Shown: piece by piece, positions 46,195 to 55,688 of the stretch
How positions within the stretch are numbered: position 1 is the stretch's first letter
How the letters are laid out: every line of letters starts with the position of its first letter
The notes under the pieces: model-generated
The model's input: the letters and a program-made list of their open reading frames with translations, nothing else
Told to the model about the DNA's origin: nothing
The model's database searches: none
Source of the DNA: Candidatus Limnocylindria bacterium
GTDB taxonomy: Bacteria; Chloroflexota; Limnocylindria; P2-11E
Direction: 5' to 3'
DNA: 64,000 bases
NCBI GenBank assembly: GCA_038211425.1
Contig: JBBQVQ010000002.1
Span: 29,717-93,716 of the forward strand
Program-made: the position numbers and the translations under genes

Positions 46195-47283
46195 CTAGTG
46201 TCCCGAGTCCGAGATCCGCGTAACAAATCGCGCGAGGGTCGCGAGGATCTGATCAGCACTCTTGGTCCATAGGAACGGCTTCGCCTGCTCGTTCGCGATG
46301 GCGAGGTACGCGCGGATGGCGGCCTCGAGCTCGCGCGTGCTGCGGTGCACGCCGCGCCGCAGCTGCTTTTCGGTGAGCGCGGCGAACCAGCGCTCCACGA
46401 GATTGATCCAGGAGGCGCTGGTCGGGGTGAAATGCAGGTGGTATCGCGGCCGCTTGAGCAGCCAGCGCCGGATGGCTGCGGTCTTGTGGGTACCGTAGTT
46501 GTCGAGGATCAGGTGCACCTCGAGCTCGCCGGGGACCGCCGCCTCGATGGTGTCCAGGAAGCGGCGGAACTCGAGCGCGCGGTGCCGGCGATGGAGCTCG
46601 CCGATCACCTTGCCGCTCGCCACATCCAGCGCCGCGAAGAGCGAGGTGGTGCCGTGCCGGACGTAGTCGTGGGTGCGTCGCTCGGCCTGGCCGGGGCGCA
46701 GCGGCAGCATCGGCTGGGTCCGGTCGAGGGCCTGGATCTGGCTCTTCTCATCGACGCACAGCACCAGCGCCCGCTCCGGCGGGCACAGGTACAGGCCGAC
46801 GATGTCTCGGACCTTTTCGATGAACAGCGGATCGCGGGACAACTGGAAGTGCTCGATCCGATGCGGGGCCAAAGCGAAGGCGCGCCAGATGCGGCTCACC
46901 GCGCTCTGCGAGAGGCCCGCGCGACGGGCCATCGCGCGCGTGCTCCAGTGCGTCGCGTCCCGGGGCGCGGTCTCCAGGGTCAGGGTGAGCACGCGCTCGA
47001 CGTCAGCATCGCCGATCCGCCGGGGTGCGCCGGGCCGGGGCTCATCGAGCAGGCCGTCCAGGCGCCGCTCCAAGAAGCGGCCGCGCCAGCGCCCCACGGT
47101 CTGGGCGGTCCAGCGGAGCTTGGCGGCGAGGTCGGTGTTGCTCCTGCCCGCCGCGGCGCCGAGCACGACCTCCGCCCGGCGGGCCAGCGCCTGCGCGGTC
47201 GTGGGCCGTCGCGCCCAGCGCTCCAGGGTCTCGCGCTCCGCGCCAGTCAAGGTCAGCGTCGCCATCGGTCGTCCGGTACGCAT
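46195..47283 (-). CDS. IS630-family DDE transposase
   Basis: [40 protein letters not shown]; single intact ORF. Confidence 0.97.
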   Translation of the reverse strand: MRTGRPMATLTLTGAERETLERWARRPTTAQALARRAEVVLGAAAGRSNTDLAAKLRWTAQTVGRWRGRFLERRLDGLLDEPRPGAPRRIGDADVERVLTLTLETAPRDATHWSTRAMARRAGLSQSAVSRIWRAFALAPHRIEHFQLSRDPLFIEKVRDIVGLYLCPPERALVLCVDEKSQIQALDRTQPMLPLRPGQAERRTHDYVRHGTTSLFAALDVASGKVIGELHRRHRALEFRRFLDTIEAAVPGELEVHLILDNYGTHKTAAIRRWLLKRPRYHLHFTPTSASWINLVERWFAALTEKQLRRGVHRSTRELEAAIRAYLAIANEQAKPFLWTKSADQILATLARFVTRISDSGH

Positions 47284-47349
47284 CGGCGTCCTCCTTCAAT
47301 ACCGCGAGGGACTCCGATACTTATTCTGACGACTTCTGACTCAGGACAC
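46198..47349 (-). mobile_element. IS630-family insertion sequence, 1152 bp, TA target duplication
   Basis: Terminal IRs GTGTCCCGAGTCCGA and GTGTCCTGAGTCAGA (13/15 match); flanked by TA at 46196-46197 and 47350-47351 within a CTAG target. Confidence 0.95.
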
Positions 47350-49715
47350 TAGAAGGCCGTCAGACGCACCATCGTCGACCGAAGGCCAAGGGCACCGCGC
47401 AGGAAGGTGTCGGCACGCAGGTCGACCGTCGCCTTCGTGCCGGTGACGCGCACCGACACGACGTGTCCGACCCCGGCCGGGAACTGGTTCGAGACGTCGA
47501 CCGAGCGCAGCGTCCCGATGTCGATCCCACGCACGGAGAGCACGGCCTGACGGATCTGCTCGCCGGTGAAGCTCGCCGTCCACGATGCGTGCTTGTTCGT
47601 GGTCGGGAGAGAGACCGCGAGGTCGGCGGGATCCGCGACCGCCGCCAGGAACGGCGCGGTCGCGCCGCAAACGACGGCGCCGTCCGGACGCTGCTCGATG
47701 TTGAGCCAACAGCCGCTCGCGGTGGTGTACCCGCCGCTCGAACTCGAATAGTAGGCGCGGATCGCCGTGCCGTTGTGCGTGATGATCTTTCCGGCGGTCG
47801 CGGCCACGGCTTGATTCGTCGCGCTCGTCTCGACGGTCGCGCCGCCGTAGCACTGGTCCATCTGGTCGTCGCGGACGTCGTAGTCGCGCGCGCCGCCCGC
47901 GTAGCTCGAGTACCCATAGGTGCGCGCGGCGTATGCCTGCGCCTTGTACGCCTCGATGTGCCAGCCGAGCGGCATCTCACGCGGGATCACGCCCTGTACG
48001 TACCCGTCGTAGCTCACGTAGTCGACCAGACGCAGCTTGTTAGATGCGTTGACGAATTTGAGGTTGCCCCGATACCCCGCGGACTTCTCGCGGATCGTGA
48101 TCGGCTGCGAGGGATCGCCGGGTACGAGTACCACCGGTCCCGCGCCCTTGTACGCCAGGACGGGTTTCGCCAGCGAGTTGTTCCACACCTCGACGACCCC
48201 ATTCCTCGCGGCGAGCTGCCAGACCGCGTTGTGCGCGGCCGCGCCCACCTGGGCGTTCCCCGCGCCCTCGTTGTACACGCGGAATCCTCCAGGGGAGACC
48301 ACGTTCGCGAGCCAGGTGTCCATCAGCGGCGACCCGCAGGTGAACGAGCCCGACGACGACGGCGTGGAAAGGAGCACGCGGATCGGGCCGCGCGCGGCGT
48401 CGACGGATTGCAGGGCCGTGCCGGTGTAGTACTTGGCGACGATCTGCTCGCCGGTGAGCGACGGCCCGGCTGCGCCGGTCGCCCAGCCCTGTGCCCCGTA
48501 CTGGCTCATCCCAACGCCGTGGCCGTTGCCCTTTCCGTAGAAGGTGACTCCGGGTGCCACGCTCACTGCCTCGCGCTTCGTGGGTACGCCGAGCGAGCTG
48601 AACCAGGCGACTCCCTCCTGCACGAGGTCCCAGGCGAACACGTAGGCGCCCGCGGTGGGCGGGAACTGGGCGCTCACGGTGACGTTGACGGTCTGCCCGG
48701 GCGCGACATCGACGGGGAGGACGCCGCGCGAGCCGTCCCACACCACGGTCGCCCCCGTCGCGGAGAAGATGTGGTAGCTCAGATACACCGGGTTCGCCCC
48801 GCCGGCCGGCCAGGTGCGCTGGCCGTAGTTCGACACCTCGGCCTGGAGCTGAAGGGCCGCGCCCAGCGCGATCCGCGCGGGTGTCGTCGTCGCGCCGTAG
48901 CCGGCTTTGAATCCGTTCCCGACGGTGGCCGCGACGCGCAGCGGCGTATTCCCCAGCGACTGGAACCACGCGACGCCCTCGCGAACGAGGTCGAAGCTCA
49001 GCGTGTACGAGCCCGGCAGGGCGGGAGCGACGATGGTGGCGTCGAGGGTGGCCGAGGCTCCCGCCGGGACGTCCGCGGAGAGGACGGTCCGGACGCCGTC
49101 CCATACGACGGTGTTTCCCTTGGAGTCGTGCCAGTGGTAGGCGAGGCGGACCGGATTCGCTCCGCCCGCCGTCCACGGCGAGCTGCCGGCGTTGGTGACG
49201 GTGACGCTCAGCGTCGAGGTCGCCCCGCCGATGAACGATGAAGGGCCGATCCCGGCGAACCGCTCGATGTACGCCGGACCCACCTGGACGCTGTAGGACT
49301 GGCTCGGCGCCAGCCACGCGACCCCTTCCCTGACCACGGCGAAGCGCAGGAGGTAGCCGCCCGGCGCCGGAGACGCCACCGATGCGTTCACGGTGGCCGA
49401 CGCTCCCGGAGCGACCGCGGATGGCAGCTCCGAGCGCAGGCCGTCCCACACGACGACGTTCCCCGCCGGGTCGTACCAGTGGTAAGAGAGGCGGACCGGG
49501 TTCGCTCCGCCCGGAGCCCAGGTCTCCGTACCGGAGTTCGTCACGCTCACGGCGACGGTGGCGAGCGCGCCGCCAGCGAGCGTCGCCGGGGGGCTGGCCG
49601 CATACGTCGCGGCGAGGGTGGTCGGAGGCGCGGCGTTCGCGGAACCCGCGTTTCCCGCGAGCAGGGCGGCAACCACGAGGACGCGGAGCACGAACGACAA
49701 GATCTGCCCCTTCAT
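47349..49715 (-). CDS. SpoIID/LytB-domain lytic transglycosylase with three N-terminal NBR1-like Ig repeats
   Basis: Signal peptide; GNGHGVGMSQYGA; YVQGVIPREMP..EAYKAQAYAARTY; QCYGG; YSSSSGGYT. Confidence 0.92.
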   Translation of the reverse strand: MKGQILSFVLRVLVVAALLAGNAGSANAAPPTTLAATYAASPPATLAGGALATVAVSVTNSGTETWAPGGANPVRLSYHWYDPAGNVVVWDGLRSELPSAVAPGASATVNASVASPAPGGYLLRFAVVREGVAWLAPSQSYSVQVGPAYIERFAGIGPSSFIGGATSTLSVTVTNAGSSPWTAGGANPVRLAYHWHDSKGNTVVWDGVRTVLSADVPAGASATLDATIVAPALPGSYTLSFDLVREGVAWFQSLGNTPLRVAATVGNGFKAGYGATTTPARIALGAALQLQAEVSNYGQRTWPAGGANPVYLSYHIFSATGATVVWDGSRGVLPVDVAPGQTVNVTVSAQFPPTAGAYVFAWDLVQEGVAWFSSLGVPTKREAVSVAPGVTFYGKGNGHGVGMSQYGAQGWATGAAGPSLTGEQIVAKYYTGTALQSVDAARGPIRVLLSTPSSSGSFTCGSPLMDTWLANVVSPGGFRVYNEGAGNAQVGAAAHNAVWQLAARNGVVEVWNNSLAKPVLAYKGAGPVVLVPGDPSQPITIREKSAGYRGNLKFVNASNKLRLVDYVSYDGYVQGVIPREMPLGWHIEAYKAQAYAARTYGYSSYAGGARDYDVRDDQMDQCYGGATVETSATNQAVAATAGKIITHNGTAIRAYYSSSSGGYTTASGCWLNIEQRPDGAVVCGATAPFLAAVADPADLAVSLPTTNKHASWTASFTGEQIRQAVLSVRGIDIGTLRSVDVSNQFPAGVGHVVSVRVTGTKATVDLRADTFLRGALGLRSTMVRLTAF

Positions 49716-49839
49716 GGGATCTGCGGGCCGCGGACACGGCCCCCGTCGGCGATCGACGGTCGCAGGCTAGCAGCCAATGCCGCCGCAGCCAACGGGCACC
49801 GCGGCGGCGGCGAAGCGACCGGTCGCTCGGGGGCCGGTA

Positions 49840-50709
49840 CTAGTACGTCTTGACCACGAGCGCGCTCTCGAGGTGGCGCAGGTCGACGGCGGGCGCGACC
49901 ACGGCCCGCTGATAGGCGGCATTTTCGGACTTCTCGACCGCCGTGACGGCCCCGATGACCAGGCCCTTGGGGTAATACGAGCGCAGTTCGGCGCCGAGGG
50001 CCAGCCCGGCGGTGATGACGACGTCGCCCACCTTCACCGGGTCGCTCTGCAGCACCCAGTCCATCAGGAGCGTGTCGCCGTACTGCCCCCGGACGATCCC
50101 ACTCGCGCGCGAGCCCTGGGCCAGCGCCGAAACGGTCGACCCCGAATCGGTCAACAGGAGCACCTTGCTGAAGTTGGTGCCCACCTCGCTGATCCGGCCG
50201 ACCACGCCTGTGTCCCCGACGACGATGTGGCCGGTCTTCACGCCGTGGTCTCTGCCGACGGACAGCACGATGGCATTCCGTACGCCGGATGGATCGCGCG
50301 CGATGACCTGGGCGGGCACCGACTCGAAGGGCAGCCCGCGCGCGGCGGCATCGAGCTTCGCCGCCTGCCCAGCGGCCACCGCCTGCTCCCGCAGCAGCAC
50401 GTTGTGGAGCGCAAGCCGATCGTTGTCGGTGCGCAGCCGGGCGTTGTCGGCGCGAAGGCGGTCGATCTCGGTGATCACGCCCAGCGCGCGCCCCGCAGCC
50501 GCTCCGCCGTCGGCGACGACCCGGCTGATCGGCGCGAGCACCTGCGTGGCGGCGGCGGCGACCGCCCGCACGGGGACCGCGTCGCGCGCGATCACCAGCA
50601 GGATCGAGATGGTGAAGAGGACGAGGAAGGGCCGGAGAGAGCCACGCTGCGTCCCCGCGAGGGTGCCGCCGCGCGGGAGGCTCATCCTCGTGCGCCCCAG
50701 GGATGCCAT
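49840..50709 (-). CDS. mreC: Rod shape-determining protein MreC
   Basis: TM helix, coiled coil, AQVIARDP, GVVGRI, GDVVITAGL, YPKGLVIG; downstream of mreB. Confidence 0.95.
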   Translation of the reverse strand: MASLGRTRMSLPRGGTLAGTQRGSLRPFLVLFTISILLVIARDAVPVRAVAAAATQVLAPISRVVADGGAAAGRALGVITEIDRLRADNARLRTDNDRLALHNVLLREQAVAAGQAAKLDAAARGLPFESVPAQVIARDPSGVRNAIVLSVGRDHGVKTGHIVVGDTGVVGRISEVGTNFSKVLLLTDSGSTVSALAQGSRASGIVRGQYGDTLLMDWVLQSDPVKVGDVVITAGLALGAELRSYYPKGLVIGAVTAVEKSENAAYQRAVVAPAVDLRHLESALVVKTY

Positions 50710-50711
50710 GG

Positions 50712-51761
50712 CTATCGCGGCGACGACGCGTATGTGTCGGTGACGAGGCTCCGCGCGTAGTCGGGAAGAGCATCGAGAATGATCCCGGCCCCGCGCACCA
50801 CGCAGGTGAGCGGATCCTCCGCGATGCGGACGGTCATCGCCGTCGCCTCGACGATGCGGGTGTCGAGGCCCCGAAGCAGCGCGCCACCGCCCGCGAGGTA
50901 GATGCCCTGATCCATGACGTCGGCAATGAGCTCCGGCGGGGTCTCCTCGATCGTGTTCTTCACCGCGTCGACGATCTGCTGCACGGACGGCTCGAGCGCT
51001 TCGCGGACCTGGGCGCTCGTGACCTCGACCGAGCGCGGGAGTCCCGTCAGCAGATCGCGCCCGCGGAAGAACGTCGAGACCTCTTCGTCGAGCGGGTACG
51101 CGGAGCCGACCCCGATCTTGACGTCCTCCGCGGTGCGCTCGCCCATGAGCAGATTGAACTCGCGGCGGGCGTAGGCGACGATGTCCTGGTCCATCTCGTC
51201 GCCTCCGATGCGCAGGGACCGCGAGAGAACGATGCCGCCGAGCGACGTCACGGCGACCTCGGTCGTGCCGCCCCCGATGTCCACGATCATGGAGCCGGAG
51301 GGCTCGTTCACCGGGAGACCGGCGCCGATCGCCGCGGCCATCGGCTCTTCGACGAGGCGCGCCCAGCGCGCGCCCGCGTTGAGCGCCGCCTCCTGCACGG
51401 CCCGCTTTTCGACCTCGGTGACGCCGGACGGGATGCCGATGATCACCCGCGGCCTCGGGAGGAGACCGACGCGGTCGTGCACCTGCCGGATGAAGTGCTT
51501 GAGCATGTATTCGGTGATGTCGAAGTCGCTGATGACCCCGTCCTTCAGCGGCCGTATGGCGGAGATGCCCGCGGGCGTCCGGCCGACCATCCGCTTCGCT
51601 TCGGCTCCCACCGCGAGCACCGCACCGGTGCGGGTGTCCTTGGCGACGACGGACGGCTCCGTGATGACGATGCCGCGCCCTCGCACGTGCACGAGCGTGT
51701 TCGCCGTTCCGAGGTCTATGCCGATGTCTCGGGAGACCATGCCGAACAGACCCTCGAGCAA
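50712..51761 (-). CDS. mreB: Rod shape-determining protein MreB
   Basis: IGIDLGTANTLV, RPLKDGVI, EEPMAAAIGAG, DIGGGTTE, LAGGGALL. Confidence 0.98.
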   Translation of the reverse strand: MLEGLFGMVSRDIGIDLGTANTLVHVRGRGIVITEPSVVAKDTRTGAVLAVGAEAKRMVGRTPAGISAIRPLKDGVISDFDITEYMLKHFIRQVHDRVGLLPRPRVIIGIPSGVTEVEKRAVQEAALNAGARWARLVEEPMAAAIGAGLPVNEPSGSMIVDIGGGTTEVAVTSLGGIVLSRSLRIGGDEMDQDIVAYARREFNLLMGERTAEDVKIGVGSAYPLDEEVSTFFRGRDLLTGLPRSVEVTSAQVREALEPSVQQIVDAVKNTIEETPPELIADVMDQGIYLAGGGALLRGLDTRIVEATAMTVRIAEDPLTCVVRGAGIILDALPDYARSLVTDTYASSPR

Positions 51762-51920
51762 AGTCCGCCGTCCCTTCCCGCCTCGCGAGCGATCAGCGCG
51801 CCGCGTAACAGTAACGTGAAGAGGATAGCGGCAGCACGACCGCGTGTACGTGTCCGGGAGGTAACGAGATGCTGCCGACCGGTCGTCTTGTCGCGTGGCA
51901 GGGGGGCGCGAGGGGCCCGG

Positions 51921-52418
51921 TTAGGTCGTCCGGACCTTACCGCCGGCGTGCACGGTCCAGTCGCGCTCGTCGAAGTCCTTCGCGCAGTAGGGGCAGATGT
52001 TCCACTCGGGCCGGATCAGCTTTGCGCACGACGGGCAGACGCGCTTCAGCCGCGTGCGGCACGTGGGGCAGAGAAGGAACTCCTCGGCGACCCGTTCATG
52101 GCATGTCGGACAGACGACGCGCTGTTCCGCCTCTGCGAGGAGGCTCTCTTCGGCGAGCTGGCGCTCGTAGCCCTCGCCGAGCGTCTCGCGCGGCCGCACG
52201 ATGAGATAGAGGAAGAGGCCGAGGACGTTGAGCACGACCACGAGAAGCCCGGACATGTAGGGCAGGATCGCGTTCTCCGTCCGCTGCTGGGCGTCGCGGA
52301 CGGTCCAGAAGACCATCGCCAAGTAGAGAGCGACGACGTACAGCAGGCTGAAACGCACGGCGAATTGCACGAGCGCGTTGTTGAGGAACCCCGTCCAAAT
52401 GGCGCCGATATCCGGCAT
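51921..52418 (-). CDS. Membrane protein with double zinc ribbon
   Basis: Two TM helices, YLIVRP, then CPTC..CPTC..CPSC..CPYC. Confidence 0.85.
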   Translation of the reverse strand: MPDIGAIWTGFLNNALVQFAVRFSLLYVVALYLAMVFWTVRDAQQRTENAILPYMSGLLVVVLNVLGLFLYLIVRPRETLGEGYERQLAEESLLAEAEQRVVCPTCHERVAEEFLLCPTCRTRLKRVCPSCAKLIRPEWNICPYCAKDFDERDWTVHAGGKVRTT

Positions 52419-53480
52419 CTAGACCTCCGCCCGCAGTCGCCCGCTGTCCGAGCGTACCCGCGCACGCCAGTAATCGAGCAGGTCCCCTAGCGTCTGATCG
52501 AACGGGATCAGTGGCTCCCAACCGGTCATGCGCCGGAAGCGGGAGGAATCCGACCAGAGGATCGGAACGTCGCTCGGCCGCAGGCGCGCGGGGTCTTCCT
52601 CTGTACGGATCTTCGCGTCGGTGTGCGTCAGGAGGATGTCGAGCATCTCCCGGATCGACCAGGTGCGGCCGCTGCCGATGTTGTAGGTCTCGCCGGGCTC
52701 CGCGGTGTCGAGCGACATCCAGTAGGCGCGGACCATGTCGCGGACGTCGGTCCAGTCGCGCTTCGGGGTCAGGTCGCCCACGTACAGGACCGGCTCGTGG
52801 AGCCCCGCCTCGATCTCGGCGATCTGTTTGGCGAAGGTGCTCGTGACGAAGATCAGTCCGCGCCGCGGTCCGGTGTGGTTGAAGCCTCGCGTGACGACCA
52901 GGTGCAGCCCATAGGACTTGAAGTACTGGTAGGCGAGCTTGTCCTGGGCGACCTTGCTCACCGCGTACGGGGAGAGCGGACGCAGCGCGTTCGTCTCCTT
53001 CATGGGCACCTCGTCCGGGTGCACGAGGCCGTACTCCTCGCTCGACCCGGCGATGTGCATCCGGATCTGCGTGTCGTGGCGGCGGATGGCCTCCAGGATG
53101 TTCAGCTGCGAGGTGATGTTGATGTGGAGCGTGGACGCCGGCTCGTCGAACGACGACTGCACGAAAGACTGCGCGGCGAGGTGGTAGATGCGCTGCGGCT
53201 GGACCGCCGAGATCAGCTTCTCCACCGCGCCGGCATCCGTGAGCTCGCAGTGCAGGAGCGTGACGCGGCCGATCTTCGTCTCGTCGCGCAGCCCTGCGCC
53301 GTCGGAGAAACGGCCCTCGACGATGTCGAGCTTACCGGCGCGCTTGATGTCCTCGAGGTTCTCCATGCGCGAGCGCCAGCGATACGTGCCGTAGACCGCG
53401 ACGTCCGAGTGGTGGGCGAGGATGTACTCGGCGAGGTGGCTGCCCGCGAAGCCGGTGATCCCGGTGATCAGGACGCGCAT
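52419..53480 (-). CDS. GDP-mannose 4,6-dehydratase / Rmd-like NAD(P)-dependent SDR
   Basis: LITGITGFAGSHL, HLAAQSFV..SF, GSSEEYG, SPYAVSK, FNHTGPRR, RDWTDVRD. Confidence 0.9.
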   Translation of the reverse strand: MRVLITGITGFAGSHLAEYILAHHSDVAVYGTYRWRSRMENLEDIKRAGKLDIVEGRFSDGAGLRDETKIGRVTLLHCELTDAGAVEKLISAVQPQRIYHLAAQSFVQSSFDEPASTLHINITSQLNILEAIRRHDTQIRMHIAGSSEEYGLVHPDEVPMKETNALRPLSPYAVSKVAQDKLAYQYFKSYGLHLVVTRGFNHTGPRRGLIFVTSTFAKQIAEIEAGLHEPVLYVGDLTPKRDWTDVRDMVRAYWMSLDTAEPGETYNIGSGRTWSIREMLDILLTHTDAKIRTEEDPARLRPSDVPILWSDSSRFRRMTGWEPLIPFDQTLGDLLDYWRARVRSDSGRLRAEV

Positions 53481-53554
53481 CGACCGGAAGCCTAGCAAAG
53501 GCGACGCGGCGCTCGGATGCCTACCCGATGCGCACCAGGGATAGGATCGCCGGA

Positions 53555-54091
53555 ATGTCCCGCACCCTCGACGTTCGACGCCACGCCAGGCGTTCCGATC
53601 GCGCCGACGAGGACAGCGGCCTCGCCGCCGACGGCCGCGCCATGGCGGAGACGCTGTCGCGGGCCGCCCCGCGGTACGCCCTGGTGGTCGCCACGCCGGT
53701 CCGGCGGGCGCAGGAGACGGCGCGGCTGATCGCAGGCAGGCTCGACCTCGTCCTGCCCGAGCTGCTGGCCGATCTCGATCCGGTCCTCAGCTATGCCGGC
53801 TACATGCGGCTGAAGCAGCTCCCCGACTGGATCGCTTTCGTGCGGGAAGACGATCGCGGGCGCGGGCTCGGGGACGAGCAGCTGCGCGTGTGGGCCGGCC
53901 TGGTGACGAGGGTGCCCAACGATCAAAGCGTGCTCGCGGCCTCGCATGGCGGAGCGATCGAGATCCCGGCGGCGCGCCTGGCCACGCGCCTCGGAGCGGT
54001 GTTTGGCGGACCGTCGTTCGGCTACTGCGAGGGAGTCCGAGTGACGTTCGAGCGGGGGGAACCGGTCGCGCTCGAGGTGTTGCGCGTGTAG
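53555..54091 (+). CDS. Histidine phosphatase superfamily protein
   Basis: RRHA, RAQETA, ASHGG motifs; TAGGAT 7 nt before the ATG. Confidence 0.75.
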   Translation: MSRTLDVRRHARRSDRADEDSGLAADGRAMAETLSRAAPRYALVVATPVRRAQETARLIAGRLDLVLPELLADLDPVLSYAGYMRLKQLPDWIAFVREDDRGRGLGDEQLRVWAGLVTRVPNDQSVLAASHGGAIEIPAARLATRLGAVFGGPSFGYCEGVRVTFERGEPVALEVLRV

Positions 54092-54199
54092 GTCGCGCCG
54101 CCAGTACCGCGGATGGGCCTCTGCGGCGAGCCGGCCCGAGGACCAGGGAGATCGATCGGCGGGCTCTCGCGGTCGGCGCCGCTTCTCCGGGCCGCGCCC

Positions 54200-55645
54200 T
54201 CAGACGGAGCTCGTCCCGGCGACCTCCACGAGCCGCGCGCCGAGCTCGCGCACCACCTCGACGATGAGGTCGACATCGTGCTCGGTGGTCCGCCAGTTCA
54301 CGATCGCCGGGCGGAATGCGACGCGGCCGCCGTAGCGCGTGGTGCCCACGAAGACCCGTCCGTCCGCGAGGACCGCGCGGCCGAGGCGCTCGTTCAGGGC
54401 GTCGAGCCCGTCGGGGTGGGCTGACGCGGGGCGATAGCGGAAGCAGACGATGTTCAGCGGCGCGTCGGCGAGGCGCTCGAGTTCGGGAGCGGCATCGATG
54501 CGGCGCGCGAGCCGCTGCGCCAGCGCGAGGTGGCGCTCGACCATCGCGCGGTGGCCGTCGCGGCCATAGGCGGCGAGCGTCGTCCACACCGCTATGCCCC
54601 GCGCTCGCCGCGACATCTCGGGTCCCCGGTGGGCGAAGTCAGGCCGCGCTTCATCGGGGTCGCCGAGGTACGGCGCCGTCGCCCCGAAGCTGCCTTCGAG
54701 ACGCCACGCGTCGCGGACGAAGGCGAATCCGCTGTCATACGGGACGTTCAGCCACTTGTGTCCGTCGGCGATCACCGAATGCGCGCGTTCGACGCCCTCG
54801 GCGAGAGCGCTCGCGCGCGGGGTGAGCCGCGCGAACAGGCCGAACGCGCCATCGACGTGGAGCCAGGCGCCGTGGCGCTCCGCGAGGTCGGCCAGTCGCG
54901 CGATCGGGTCGAAGTCGCCGGCGTTCACCTCGCCCGCGTTGCCGATGATGATCGCCGGCGCACCCCCCAGCGCGCGCAGTGCGTCCTCGAGGGCGTCCGC
55001 GTCGAGGCGTCCGACCGCGTCGGGTGTGAACCGCCGGATGTTCGCCCGGCCGAGGCCCAGCATCGCGACCGCTTTCACCGCGCTCACGTGGATGTACCCG
55101 CCCGTGAGGATCGGCACCGGCGGGAGACCGGCCAGGCCCGCTTCCTCCACGTTCACGCCGTGGCGCTCGCCCCACCAGCGGCGCGCCGCGGCGAGGCCGA
55201 CGAAGTTCGCCATCGTCGCTCCGGTCGTCAGCACGCCGCCCCAGTCCTTCGGCAGGCCAAAGAGGTCCTTCAGCCACTCGATCGAAACGGCTTCGAGGCG
55301 CGACGCGAGCGGCGAACCGGCCCAGAGGCCGGCGTTCTGGTCCCACACCGACGCGAGCACGTCGGCCGCGAGCGCCGCAGGTGTGCCGCCGCCCTGCACG
55401 AAACCGAAGAAGCGCGGACCCGACGCGCGCACGATCCCGTCGCTGCCCGCGACGAGTTGCTCGAGCGCGGCGAGCGTCCCGAACCCGTGGTCGGGGAGCG
55501 GTACGGAGAAGCGCTCCGCGACGGCGTCGGCGTCGCGCGCGCGGACCGTCGCCCCGTCGATGTCGGCGAGGTATCCCTCGGCCGCGCGCAGCGCGGACCG
55601 CAGCGCATCGGTGACGAGCGCGCGTTCGTCGATGGGGTCGGCCAC
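54200..55645 (-). CDS. Group II PLP-dependent amino-acid decarboxylase
   Basis: TTGATMAN, GDFDPI, WLHVDGAFG, DGHKWLNVPY, EMSRRARG; start GTG 55645 (TAGGAT 7 nt upstream). Confidence 0.93.
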   Translation of the reverse strand: MADPIDERALVTDALRSALRAAEGYLADIDGATVRARDADAVAERFSVPLPDHGFGTLAALEQLVAGSDGIVRASGPRFFGFVQGGGTPAALAADVLASVWDQNAGLWAGSPLASRLEAVSIEWLKDLFGLPKDWGGVLTTGATMANFVGLAAARRWWGERHGVNVEEAGLAGLPPVPILTGGYIHVSAVKAVAMLGLGRANIRRFTPDAVGRLDADALEDALRALGGAPAIIIGNAGEVNAGDFDPIARLADLAERHGAWLHVDGAFGLFARLTPRASALAEGVERAHSVIADGHKWLNVPYDSGFAFVRDAWRLEGSFGATAPYLGDPDEARPDFAHRGPEMSRRARGIAVWTTLAAYGRDGHRAMVERHLALAQRLARRIDAAPELERLADAPLNIVCFRYRPASAHPDGLDALNERLGRAVLADGRVFVGTTRYGGRVAFRPAIVNWRTTEHDVDLIVEVVRELGARLVEVAGTSSV

Positions 55646-55688
55646 CCCGGCAATCCTACGCACGCGGCGGGCGCGATCGAGCGCCCAC

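Noticed and set aside
46032-46259. N-terminal extension of the amidase ORF (also the long extensions of ORFs at 1618, 2808, 20506, 22690, 25404, 57136, 61645, 63770)
   Set aside because: These extensions overlap the IS or neighbouring genes; shorter starts fit stop/start overlaps, SDs or -10 boxes.
51800-51870. Recurring intergenic GTAAC/GTTAC as a shared operator (also near 8854, 24625, 32678, 37003)
   Set aside because: A 5-mer with inconsistent spacing and no clear enrichment over chance.
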